DNA of 64,000 nt from Clostridiales bacterium (GTDB lineage Bacteria > Bacillota > Clostridia > Oscillospirales > CAG-272): the NCBI GenBank assembly GCA_022791195.1, contig JAAVYP010000051.1:44703-108702 (forward strand), written 5' to 3'. The notes under the pieces were generated by a model. The model saw only the letters and a program-made list of their open reading frames with translations. It was not told the DNA's origin and searched no databases. This document shows, one piece after another, positions 27,086-36,712 of this stretch. How positions within the stretch are numbered: the first letter of the stretch is position 1; every line of letters starts with the position of its first letter. A program made the position numbers and the translations under genes.

Positions 27086-28240
27086 ATGTATAACATCGAT
27101 AAACTCGGAAGCAAAATTACAGCAGCACGTAAAGCACTTGGACTTACACAGGAACAATTAGCAAAAGAATTATCCGTTACCGCTCAGGCAGTATCCAAAT
27201 GGGAAAGCGGCGCAGGCTTTCCGGATATATCCCTTATTCCGGAAATTGCCCAAATACTGCAAATTCCAATCGACCATTTGTTTGGATACTGCAATGGATT
27301 TGATGAGACGTACCAAGGACTCCCGTTCATTACCAGTTTTGGCAAAACCGCCTGCTATTCAGACAAAGAAGTAGATGTTATCTATCCAGACGGCATCGTC
27401 TATTTCAAAGACCGAAGCGCAGCAAACATTCCGTCACTAACCGTTGATAATTATGGAAAAGGTGAAATTCGTTTTTGTACAAAAGAAACATTTGGCCGCT
27501 CTTTCAAAAACGATAAAACAGGAGAATACAAATATATTTGTTCTGGAATAGAGTGGCTTGAACTAACCGTTTACGAAGCGGACGAGATTCATATTTTCCA
27601 TAGCGAGGATGAAAACACTCATATTATGGCCTATGGCAGTGAATGCTTTACTTCTTCCATAAGATCCTCGAACGATAGAAACAAGCTCTGCCTTACACAA
27701 GAAGCCAATGCAATACAAAAAGGAACTGAACCAAACCGAATTGAAATTTATACTCCCAGCGCACCGCAGCTGTTAACACTAAATCTATATGGAGATACCA
27801 ATGTCATGGTTGAATGTGACTTTGCAGAATTGGGCGTCAGCGTATATAATAAAGCTGAGATTCATTGCCAAAATACTGGTTTACTCGGCATATATGCTCC
27901 GGGAACTTGTTATTTTACCTGCGCGCGTGCGGATGGTGCGAATATAGAAATAAATGGCGCAGCCACCATTGAAATTGAAGAACCGCATAAATATGTCCAT
28001 CTTACTTCAAGCGGTGATTGCAATGTTAACCTTGGCAATGCTCATATTGATTATTTAGAAACCAATCTAAGCGGTACAGGAATATTAAATGCCCCTGATC
28101 TCACCGTACAAAATGCGAAACTCTGCGCACAAAATCAAAACGATATTATATTAGGCCGCATTGTGGAATATTCCTATGAAGCACTGCGAAACAATGCACA
28201 ATTAAGCGTCAGGCATCGTGGATGGAATGAAAATGATTAA
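27086..28240 (+). CDS. XRE-family HTH protein with a C-terminal domain of about 310 aa and unknown function
   Basis: LGLTQEQLAKELSVTAQAVSKWESG. The C-terminal part is repetitive and beta-rich, with no assignable motif. Confidence 0.7.
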   Translation: MYNIDKLGSKITAARKALGLTQEQLAKELSVTAQAVSKWESGAGFPDISLIPEIAQILQIPIDHLFGYCNGFDETYQGLPFITSFGKTACYSDKEVDVIYPDGIVYFKDRSAANIPSLTVDNYGKGEIRFCTKETFGRSFKNDKTGEYKYICSGIEWLELTVYEADEIHIFHSEDENTHIMAYGSECFTSSIRSSNDRNKLCLTQEANAIQKGTEPNRIEIYTPSAPQLLTLNLYGDTNVMVECDFAELGVSVYNKAEIHCQNTGLLGIYAPGTCYFTCARADGANIEINGAATIEIEEPHKYVHLTSSGDCNVNLGNAHIDYLETNLSGTGILNAPDLTVQNAKLCAQNQNDIILGRIVEYSYEALRNNAQLSVRHRGWNEND

Positions 28241-28249
28241 ATAGAGGCT

Positions 28250-28297
28250 AACGCCCCTTTTGCTATGTACAAAAGGGGCGTTATTTATGTTGTTTTT
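28250..28297 (+). terminator. Intrinsic terminator
   Basis: 12-bp stem AACGCCCCTTTT / AAAAGGGGCGTT followed by a T-rich tail. Confidence 0.7.
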
Positions 28298-28394
28298 TGC
28301 CATAATTCCCTCTAAACACGAAAATACAGGCTTTAGACTGTGATTTTTACTAAAACGAAATATCCAAAAACATTCATTTTGGGCTATAATAGAC

Positions 28395-28424
28395 TTGACA
28401 TCCTTTCTCTTCATGGTCTATAAT
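28395..28424 (+). promoter_or_regulatory. Sigma-A type promoter for the deacetylase gene
   Basis: TTGACA, 18 nt, TATAAT. Confidence 0.55.
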
Positions 28425-28492
28425 AAACAGGAATTTATACTTATTTGTATAAAAATGTTTAAAGTACCATAAGTTGTAAAATAGGAGTAGAG

Positions 28493-29335
28493 ATGAAAAG
28501 ACTTGCTTTATTATTAATTTTTTTATGTATGATTTTTTTGGTCTCCTGCAAGGATAATAAACACAATCAGCCGACTGAACCTTTGAACACAGAGCCCTCC
28601 ATCCTACAAACCGAACCTGTCACAGAACCCACTGCGACAGAGCCTGCGCCCACCGAATCGCCGGTTATTTATGACGAAAACGGCGATCTGCCGGCCGCTG
28701 TTATGTATCATTTAATTATGGAAGAGCCCTACAATAAAAACACGGCGCTTTTTGTTCGTCCGGGCGATTTTGAAGACCAGATTAAAGCCCTTATTGAAGA
28801 GGATTATGTTTTTCTTTTTGCCAATGATTATCGGAAAACAAAACAAAAAAGCATTATGATCACTTTTGATGATGGTTATTTAGATAATTATACGACCATG
28901 TTTCCAATTATCAAAAAATATAATGTCAAGGTAACTATATTCTTAATTACTGATTCAATTGGCAAACCCGAGCACATGACCGAAGAACAAATCAAAGAAA
29001 TGGCAGACAGCGGTCTTGTTAAATTTGAAAGTCACACCGCCACCCACCCTTCACTGCCAAATCTCAACGAACAGCAATTAATCAATGAATTTGAAAGATC
29101 CATTACCAAAATTGAAGAATTGACCGGCCAAAAGGTCACCGCTTTGGCTTATCCCGGCGGTAATTTTGATCAAAATGTAATTGATGTCGCCGAACGGTAT
29201 TTTAAATACTGTTATTTGGCCAGAACCTACGGCCAAGAAGGGTTTACACCTGATATGGCCATTCCCCGTTACTATGGAGCACGGGATATGTCGACAGAAA
29301 GCTATTTACAAATGATCAAAAAACATTTAAAATAG
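28493..29335 (+). CDS. Polysaccharide deacetylase (NodB/CE4) lipoprotein
   Basis: Lipobox LVSC, T/E/P-rich linker, ITFDDGYLDNY and HTATHPSL motifs. Confidence 0.85.
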   Translation: MKRLALLLIFLCMIFLVSCKDNKHNQPTEPLNTEPSILQTEPVTEPTATEPAPTESPVIYDENGDLPAAVMYHLIMEEPYNKNTALFVRPGDFEDQIKALIEEDYVFLFANDYRKTKQKSIMITFDDGYLDNYTTMFPIIKKYNVKVTIFLITDSIGKPEHMTEEQIKEMADSGLVKFESHTATHPSLPNLNEQQLINEFERSITKIEELTGQKVTALAYPGGNFDQNVIDVAERYFKYCYLARTYGQEGFTPDMAIPRYYGARDMSTESYLQMIKKHLK

Positions 29336-29404
29336 AATGAGAGAGCCTATGATAGAATATAAATAATATAGAGGCAAGCCCTGTATATGTTTATAGCGCT
29401 ATTA

Positions 29405-29523
29405 TATCAAAAGGGAGTAGTTATCAGGTATGCTCAACAATCTCGGATGAAAGTCCTGGGTATACCCCTTCTTCGTAAGGAACAAGACTTTTGGTACCTA
29501 TGTGCCAAAAGTCTTTTATTTTA
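29405..29523 (+). promoter_or_regulatory. yybP-ykoY-like (Mn2+) riboswitch aptamer plus expression-platform terminator
   Basis: P1 (UAUCAAAAG 29405-29413 / CUUUUGGUA 29488-29496) brackets the conserved GGAGUAG (29414-29420) and ACAAGA (29482-29487). The 11-bp terminator stem 29484-29494/29505-29515 plus U-tract shares its 5' arm with the P1 3' strand. The aptamer is shorter than the examples I recall. Confidence 0.55.
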
Positions 29524-29540
29524 TGTCTTGGAGGAATACA

Positions 29541-30521
29541 ATGACAGAAAACATATTCACTTTTATTTTATTTGGAATTGGTATTTTGCTGATTGTCAAA
29601 GGCGGCGATTTATTTGTTGACAGCGCCAGCTTTATTGCCGAGGTATCCGGCGTGCCAAAATTTATTATCGGTGCAACGATCGTAAGCCTTGCTACCACCA
29701 TGCCCGAGATGCTTGTTTCAGCCTTAGCCGCATATGATTCTCGTTTTCTGACCGGGGCCATGGCAGACGATAAAGTGCTCATGGCGATTGGCAACGCCGT
29801 TGGTTCGGTCACCTGCAATATCGGTATGATTTTAGCGATCAGCATATTGTTTATGCCTTCTATTATTGAACGAAAAAAATTCATTCCTAAAGCAATTTTG
29901 CTGATTGTTTCCATCATATCCTTGACACTGCTCTGCCTATCCGGCACCCTGACTTTGCAAAAAAGCATTGTTCTGCTCATCATATTTATCATCTTTATTG
30001 CGGAAAATATCAAGGGCGCTAAAAGCGAGATGCAGAATATTCCCTCTGTACAAACTGCAGCAAAAGGAGACATTGTTAAAAAAGTTGTTTTCCTCATTAT
30101 CGGAGCGGCGGCCATCGTTATTGGATCAGAGCTGTTAGTTGATAAAGGAAGCGTGATTGCGAAAATGCTGGGCGTATCCGAAAAAATCATTGGGTTCACG
30201 GCTATTGCCATCGGAACCAGTTTGCCAGAATTAGTAACGACGGTTTCTTCGCTAATCAAAAAAGAGCCTTCTTTAGGCGTTGGCAATATTATCGGCGCTA
30301 ATTTAATTGACATTGCCCTGATTTTGCCTGTCTGCGCAATCATTAAAGGCGGCGCGTTGCCGGTAGAGGCCACCACCGCTCGTTTGGATATACCTATTTG
30401 TCTTTTGGTCACCTGCATTGCCCTCATTCCGCCTATGTTTACGAAAAAATTCATGAAATGGCAAGGGGCCGCCATGTTGACCACTTATGTTGCTTATCTC
30501 ATATACACATGCATAGGGTAA
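29541..30521 (+). CDS. CaCA-family cation antiporter (YrbG/Na+:Ca2+ exchanger-like)
   Basis: Two alpha-repeats (GNAVGSVTCN, GNIIGANLID) and about 10 TM helices. ATG at 29541 after GGAGGAA. Confidence 0.85.
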   Translation: MTENIFTFILFGIGILLIVKGGDLFVDSASFIAEVSGVPKFIIGATIVSLATTMPEMLVSALAAYDSRFLTGAMADDKVLMAIGNAVGSVTCNIGMILAISILFMPSIIERKKFIPKAILLIVSIISLTLLCLSGTLTLQKSIVLLIIFIIFIAENIKGAKSEMQNIPSVQTAAKGDIVKKVVFLIIGAAAIVIGSELLVDKGSVIAKMLGVSEKIIGFTAIAIGTSLPELVTTVSSLIKKEPSLGVGNIIGANLIDIALILPVCAIIKGGALPVEATTARLDIPICLLVTCIALIPPMFTKKFMKWQGAAMLTTYVAYLIYTCIG

Positions 30522-30615
30522 AGCATAAAATATAAGAGCGCCTTATTAAATATTAGCAGTGGATGAATTCTCACGTGCCAAAGCATTCTGGCAATTCTAA
30601 ATTTAAACAATAAAT

Positions 30616-30654
30616 AAAAAAGCTTCTCCTATTAACGCAAGAGAAGCTTTTTTG
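30616..30654. terminator. Bidirectional intrinsic terminator
   Basis: A-run, stem AAGCTTCTC / GAGAAGCTT, T-run, between convergent genes. Confidence 0.7.
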
Positions 30655-30663
30655 TTATCGACA

Positions 30664-31149
30664 TTATTTTCCGAATATTTTATGAAAAATATTTTTCTTC
30701 AATATCGCTTTTGCCGTTACTGACCTTGGGAATGGTTCATCTAACATCCACGAAAGCCTAATTCCACGAACAGACATCGTAAAATATTCTTCCGTTTGTT
30801 CATTAGGTGAAGCAAAGCCTTTGACGACAACTATACTTAAAAACAAATTATCATAAACATCAACTTTATATTCGCCTACTGATTTTACATTTCCGCAAAC
30901 AGTATAATCCACACAGATATAATCAATACAATCATCATCTGCTATAACACTCATTATTTCATCTGGTTTTGCAATGTCAACACCAAATTCGCTTAAAAAA
31001 TCATTTAATTTAGGTAATTTTTCTTTAATTTGAGTGCAACAGTTGCGACATAATGCGCAGTCACAAACAGAATGGGTTTTATAATACTTTTTTGTTTTTT
31101 CAGTATCAACATAAAAAATACATTCATCTTTTTGAATTGCTGTCATCAT
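30664..31149 (-). CDS. Hypothetical Cys-rich protein (161 aa), AT-rich orphan
   Basis: CDCALCRNCC cluster. No recognisable family. Confidence 0.5.
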   Translation of the reverse strand: MMTAIQKDECIFYVDTEKTKKYYKTHSVCDCALCRNCCTQIKEKLPKLNDFLSEFGVDIAKPDEIMSVIADDDCIDYICVDYTVCGNVKSVGEYKVDVYDNLFLSIVVVKGFASPNEQTEEYFTMSVRGIRLSWMLDEPFPRSVTAKAILKKNIFHKIFGK

Positions 31150-31226
31150 TATATCTCCACGTAAAACATTGCATCACAGAATCATTCGACTAAAAAAATT
31201 TGAACTAAACAGTTTATTATTGCATC

Positions 31227-34200
31227 TCAATCAAAGGCAAATGTAATCTGATTGGTTTCGGATAAGTCTTTCAGCACACCGGCTTGTGACAAAGTTTCAA
31301 TCACGGCTTTGGTAATGCCGGTACGATGAAGCAAATCTTCTTTAGAAAGAAACTCTCCATTCTCCCTTGCCTCGATAATTTTATCAGCGGCCGATTCACC
31401 AAGTCCGGAGAGCGAAGAGAACGGCAGTCTGATCTTTCCGTTTTCGGGCAAAAAGGCATGAGAATCTGACTTATACAAATCCACCGGCAAAAAGGAAATG
31501 CCGCGGGCTAAACATTCGTTCGCCAGCTGTAAGCTGGATACCATTTCTTTTTCTTTTTGGGTTGCATCATTTCCCTTTTTCTCAATGTCTTTAATCGTTG
31601 CCAGCAAATGCCGCCTGCCCTGCATAACAATGGCTGCATCAAAACCGCCCGGTGCCACTGTGAAGAACGCGGCGTAAAATTCCATCGGTCTATATACTTT
31701 ATACCAACCGATGCGAAGGGCCGAAATTACATATGCAGCTGCATGCGCTTTAGGGAACATGTATTTGATTTTCTCGCAGGAGTCCAAATACCATTCAGGA
31801 ATCTGCTGTTCACGCATGGCCTCTTTGTATTCGTCTTTGAGGCCTTTTCCCTTTCGCACATCCTCCATGATTTTGAAGGCTGTGCTTTTTTCAACGCCAT
31901 GATAAATTAAATAGGTCATGATGCTGTCACGTGTACCGATTACCTCTGAAATGCTGCAGGTCCCCTCACGAATCAGTTCTTGGGCATTGCCCAGCCACAC
32001 ATCCGTACCATGAGAAAGTCCCGAAATCTGCAAAAGGTCTGAAAAGTTCTTTGGCTTTGTTTCGGATATCATCTGCTGTACAAACCGCGTGCCAAACTCA
32101 GGCAAGCCATAGGTACCCACCGTACAACCGATATCATCCGGACTGACGCCAAGCGGTTTCACCGAAAGGAACAGCTCCATGACTTTGGGATCGCTCATGG
32201 GCACATCCAAAACCGAGGTATTGGTATAAGTTTCAAGCATTTTATATTTGGTTGGAATATCATGCCCCAACTCATCTAACTTGAGGATGGTGTCATGCAG
32301 ATAGGAAAACGGAAAATGCGTGGTAATAATATCCGTGTTGGGGTCATCAGCCGGGTGCTCAACCGGCGTAAAATCATATACCTCATACTCACGAGGAATA
32401 ACCACAATGCCGCCGGGATGCTGTCCTGTCGTCCTTTTTACACACATACAGTTCGTCACAAGGCGGTTAATTTCCGCCTTGTTAATCGAAACGCCTTTTT
32501 CCTCTAAATATTTCATGACAAAGCCAAAAGCTGTCTTTTGCGCCACCGTACCCAGTGTACCCGCCCGGAACACATTTTCTTTGCCAAAGAGCGTTTCGGT
32601 ATATTTATGGACACGTCCCTGCACATCGCCCGAGAAGTTCAGGTCAATATCAGGTGATTTTTCACCATAGAATCCCAAAAAGGTTTCAAAGGGTATATCA
32701 TGGCCGTCCTGCACCAGCGGTTCCCCGCAGTGAGGGCAATTTTTCGCAGGAAGGTCAAAACCGGAGCCAACCGAGCCATCGTCAATAAACTCTGAATATT
32801 TACAAGATGGACAGCGATAATGAGGCTGCAATGGATTGACCTCTGAAATGCCCGACATAGAGGCAACAAAGGAAGAACCGACCGAACCGCGCGAGCCAAC
32901 CAAATAGCCTTCCCCTTCGCTGTAGGCCACTAACTTTTGGGCAATCATATACAGCACAGCAAAGCCATTTTTTATAATTGAGGTCAATTCCTTATCCAAA
33001 CGATCCTTGACCTGCGGCGGCAGCTCTGCGCCGTATAATTCATGCGCTCTGTCCCAGCAAAGCCTTTGCAGATCCTCTTCCGCCCCTTCCATTTTAGGGG
33101 TGAAGGTGCCGTCGGGAATCGGTTGCAGCACATCAATTTGGTCATTGATCAAGTTTGTATTTTCAACAACCACCTCATAGGCCTTTTTTTCGCCCAAATA
33201 GGCAAATTCCGCCAGCATCTCATCGGTTGTCCGGAAATAAAGCCCGCTCTCTTCCTCGCCCATTTTTTTGACCGACATAAGCACCTGTCTGTAAATCTCG
33301 TCGCTTTTTTCCATAAAATGCGCGTCGCAGGTAGCAACAACCGGTTTTCCGGTTTTTTCACCCAATTTGATAATCGTGCGGTTAATCTCGTGCAGTCCCT
33401 CTACATCAGCGATTTGTCCTTTTTTGATCAAAAAGGCGTTATTGCAGTCAGGCTGAATTTCAAGATAATCATAATAGGAGGCAATCTTGATCAGATCGCC
33501 AAAAGGCTTGTTATCTAATATCGCGCTGTACAACTCACCATACACACAGGCAGAGCCGATAATTAGCCCTTCCCGATATTCATTTAACACGGTTTTAGGT
33601 ATACGAGGGGTTTTGTAAAGATAGTTTAGGTAACTCATCGAAACTAACTTATACAAATTTTTAAGCCCCACCTGATTTTTTGCCAAAATAATCATATGAT
33701 TCGGGCGCAGCTTTAAGGGATCGCTCCCCGCGCTCATCGCGGCGGACATGCCGTTAAAATCACGCACGCCTTCTAACTTTAATTTGTCCACCATACAAAA
33801 GAAAATGGCAGCCAGCATTTTGGCGTCATCACTGGCACGGTGATGGTTAAACTCACCCAATTTAAAATAAGCGGCCAGCGTATCCAACCGATGCCGTTTC
33901 AGTTCCGGATTCAGATAGCGAGATAACGCAACCGTATCCAAATAGGGATTGGTAAACAATATTTTGTTTTTATCACATACCGAACGAATAAAGCTGATAT
34001 CAAACCCTGCGTTGTGAGCAATCAAAATGCGGTCGCCGCAAAAATCCAAAAAGCTTTGCACCGCCTCAAAGGGACTTGGTGCTCCCTTGACCATTTCATC
34101 GGTAATGCCGGTTAATTCTACAATATTTGCAGGGATAGGCATGCCGGGATCCACATAAGTACAAAATTCATCGACAACCTCGCCGCCCCGTACCAGCACT

Positions 34201-35636
34201 GCACCAATTTCGGTAATTTCACAGGTGTAAACCGAAAGGCCGGTGGTTTCAATATCAAAGACCACATATTCATCGTCAAAATCGGCAGATGATTCTCCAT
34301 AAAAAGCCCGGGCCGTATCGTCAACAAAATAGGCCTCCATGCCGTAAATAACCTTCATGCCGGTCTTTTTCTGTATTTCCATTGCCTCGGGATAGGCCTG
34401 CACATTACCATGGTCGGTCAGCGCAATAGCAGGCATGCCCCATCGTTTCGCTGTCTGAATCGCATCGCAAGGCCAAATGGTTGAATCCATACGGGACATA
34501 TTGGTATGTAAATGCAACTCCACCCGTTTTTTGGGGGCTTTGTCCTCTCTTTTCAGCAAAGTAACCAGTGAAATGGCTTTGGGTGTAATGGCAAGCTCTC
34601 CATCAAATTTATCGATCTTCAGATTGCCCTTTACCGCTAAAGCCGCATCATAAAAATCGACTGATGCTTTGCCCTTTATCCGCTTTTCTTTGGTTTCTTT
34701 AATCGCTTTGGTAATCACACCGGCGGCCTCATTATCGGCAATTAGTTTCACCATAATTGAGGCGTCGTGATCAGTGATTGACAAATTAAGAATAGTCTTT
34801 TCACCCGATCTGGTTACCCTTTCATCAACTGTCACCACTTGGCCTAACACCACCACGTTGTTTTCTTCGGCCGTGAGATCACGCAATGCCTTTGGATTTA
34901 TCGCAAAATCACTGCCGAAAAGAATGCGTGGATTAGACACGTCAAACCGACAATGACCAATCGTGTAAATGGTATCAGTTTCCGCCTGAAAGGTAAGTTC
35001 CTCACTCATGAGGGTACTGACCTTTTCGGCCGGCGGCATCTGTTCGGCATTGTCTTCTTCGACGGTCTGTTTTTTCATATTTTCGATATTTTCACGACGA
35101 ATGCGGGATAAAGTTTCTTCCTGTTCTCTCACCATTTGTTCATAGCCGGCCCACGGCGCAGCACCACGGCGCAGCACCACCTCAAAGGAGAGAGAAAATT
35201 CATCCATCAAAATTTGTTTGATAACATCGTTGGTTTTAGCCTCGTTTAATAATAAAACACCGCCGTTGGTAGACTGTATATCAATCGTAATCATATTATC
35301 CTGCACAGCATATTGAAAACCGTCAAAAAAGCCGCGGGACACCGTTCCAATCCGCTCTGTTTCCATAATGACTTGAGGAATATAGCGCGGCTCAAACAGA
35401 CTGCTGTCATATTTAGGACAAATGCGCACGGAATTGACCTCATAAGCTTTTTTGATATGAGATTCAACTTCATATAATTCAATTTTGTTGACAATCTGCT
35501 CAAAAGCAGCATCCACTTCAATAAACTTATGCTCGCGATCCACCCGAACCGCCTGACTGACGCCGCTTTCCAGAAGCATTCGCTCGGAGGGCGTCGGGGC
35601 ATATTTTTTAAATACTTCCAATAATGTTTTGGTCAT
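31227..35636 (-). CDS. polC: DNA polymerase III alpha subunit, PolC type
   Basis: 1469 aa. PHP domain (HLHTNMS, DHGNVQAYPEA), inserted DEDD exonuclease (VVFDIETTGLS), zinc finger CPSC...CPHC. Confidence 0.95.
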   Translation of the reverse strand: MTKTLLEVFKKYAPTPSERMLLESGVSQAVRVDREHKFIEVDAAFEQIVNKIELYEVESHIKKAYEVNSVRICPKYDSSLFEPRYIPQVIMETERIGTVSRGFFDGFQYAVQDNMITIDIQSTNGGVLLLNEAKTNDVIKQILMDEFSLSFEVVLRRGAAPWAGYEQMVREQEETLSRIRRENIENMKKQTVEEDNAEQMPPAEKVSTLMSEELTFQAETDTIYTIGHCRFDVSNPRILFGSDFAINPKALRDLTAEENNVVVLGQVVTVDERVTRSGEKTILNLSITDHDASIMVKLIADNEAAGVITKAIKETKEKRIKGKASVDFYDAALAVKGNLKIDKFDGELAITPKAISLVTLLKREDKAPKKRVELHLHTNMSRMDSTIWPCDAIQTAKRWGMPAIALTDHGNVQAYPEAMEIQKKTGMKVIYGMEAYFVDDTARAFYGESSADFDDEYVVFDIETTGLSVYTCEITEIGAVLVRGGEVVDEFCTYVDPGMPIPANIVELTGITDEMVKGAPSPFEAVQSFLDFCGDRILIAHNAGFDISFIRSVCDKNKILFTNPYLDTVALSRYLNPELKRHRLDTLAAYFKLGEFNHHRASDDAKMLAAIFFCMVDKLKLEGVRDFNGMSAAMSAGSDPLKLRPNHMIILAKNQVGLKNLYKLVSMSYLNYLYKTPRIPKTVLNEYREGLIIGSACVYGELYSAILDNKPFGDLIKIASYYDYLEIQPDCNNAFLIKKGQIADVEGLHEINRTIIKLGEKTGKPVVATCDAHFMEKSDEIYRQVLMSVKKMGEEESGLYFRTTDEMLAEFAYLGEKKAYEVVVENTNLINDQIDVLQPIPDGTFTPKMEGAEEDLQRLCWDRAHELYGAELPPQVKDRLDKELTSIIKNGFAVLYMIAQKLVAYSEGEGYLVGSRGSVGSSFVASMSGISEVNPLQPHYRCPSCKYSEFIDDGSVGSGFDLPAKNCPHCGEPLVQDGHDIPFETFLGFYGEKSPDIDLNFSGDVQGRVHKYTETLFGKENVFRAGTLGTVAQKTAFGFVMKYLEEKGVSINKAEINRLVTNCMCVKRTTGQHPGGIVVIPREYEVYDFTPVEHPADDPNTDIITTHFPFSYLHDTILKLDELGHDIPTKYKMLETYTNTSVLDVPMSDPKVMELFLSVKPLGVSPDDIGCTVGTYGLPEFGTRFVQQMISETKPKNFSDLLQISGLSHGTDVWLGNAQELIREGTCSISEVIGTRDSIMTYLIYHGVEKSTAFKIMEDVRKGKGLKDEYKEAMREQQIPEWYLDSCEKIKYMFPKAHAAAYVISALRIGWYKVYRPMEFYAAFFTVAPGGFDAAIVMQGRRHLLATIKDIEKKGNDATQKEKEMVSSLQLANECLARGISFLPVDLYKSDSHAFLPENGKIRLPFSSLSGLGESAADKIIEARENGEFLSKEDLLHRTGITKAVIETLSQAGVLKDLSETNQITFAFD

Positions 35637-36712
35637 TAGTATTTATTGATCTCCTCAATTAACACATCCATCATTTTTTCTTCGGGAATTTTGCCGATTG
35701 CTTGGCCGTTTTTAAAAAGCAATCCTTCGCCGGCGCCGGCGGCAATACCTACATCTGCCTCTCTTGCTTCGCCTGGGCCGTTGACCGCACAGCCCATAAA
35801 TGCAGCATGAACCGGTCTTGATGGATGACATTCGGCTTCGATTCTTTTTTCAAGCGTTTCTACATACGAAATTAAATTAACCTTAGTTCTGGCGCAAGTA
35901 GGGCAAGAAGTTAAATTGACATAAGGCTTATTATAAAGTCCCATTGCCTTTAATAAATTTGTTCCCTCGATTCCTTCCCTGCACGGATCAGCCGTCAAAG
36001 ATATGCGCAGTGTATCGCCGATTCCTTCTGCCAACAGCGCACCGATCCCGGCCGCATTTTTTAACGTGCCCATATGGACACCGCCTGCTTCGGTCACGCC
36101 TAAATGCAAGGGATAATCGCATTGTTCCGCCAACAGGCGATTGGCTTCGATCATAGTTTTCACATCTGACGATTTGATGGATAAAATAATATCGCCAAAA
36201 TCCGCCTCTTCAAGCAGAGCGGCATGATAGAGTGCGCTTTCAGCCAACGCCTCGGCGCATGGTTTTCCATATTTAGCCAAGATTGAAGCCTCAAGAGACC
36301 CGCCGTTCACGCCAATGCGAATCGGAATATTCTTGGCAGCACAAGCTTTAGCAACCGTCCGAACCCGGTCCTTTGCACCAATGTTTCCTGGATTGATACG
36401 AATTTTATCAACTCCTGCACTCACACAGGCAAGGGCAATTTTATAGTCAAAATGAATATCAGCAACAAGCGGCAGCGTTACGCCCGCATTTTTGAGTTTG
36501 TAAATCGTTTCAGCCTGTTCAACGCTTGGTATGCTGATTCGCACAAGATCGCAGCCCGAAGCGGCCAAAGCACGCACTTGTGCCAATGTTGCCGGCACAT
36601 CGCCGGTATCGGTGTTGGTCATTGACTGAACCGAAAGGGGCGCATCTCCACCAATATACAATCCGCCCACCTGAACCTGACGGCTTTTTCGTCTATACTC
36701 GTTATAGTTCAT
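35636..36712 (-). CDS. ispG: 4-hydroxy-3-methylbut-2-en-1-yl diphosphate synthase
   Basis: GcpE family (VQSMTNT, RINPGNIG, C-terminal CPTCAR...GCAVNGPGE). Confidence 0.92.
   Translation of the reverse strand: MNYNEYRRKSRQVQVGGLYIGGDAPLSVQSMTNTDTGDVPATLAQVRALAASGCDLVRISIPSVEQAETIYKLKNAGVTLPLVADIHFDYKIALACVSAGVDKIRINPGNIGAKDRVRTVAKACAAKNIPIRIGVNGGSLEASILAKYGKPCAEALAESALYHAALLEEADFGDIILSIKSSDVKTMIEANRLLAEQCDYPLHLGVTEAGGVHMGTLKNAAGIGALLAEGIGDTLRISLTADPCREGIEGTNLLKAMGLYNKPYVNLTSCPTCARTKVNLISYVETLEKRIEAECHPSRPVHAAFMGCAVNGPGEAREADVGIAAGAGEGLLFKNGQAIGKIPEEKMMDVLIEEINKY

Noticed and set aside
29516-30484. 322-aa ORF antisense to the CaCA antiporter gene
   Set aside because: It is a shadow frame of a strongly supported membrane-protein gene. 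Its translation is low-complexity with no motif or RBS.
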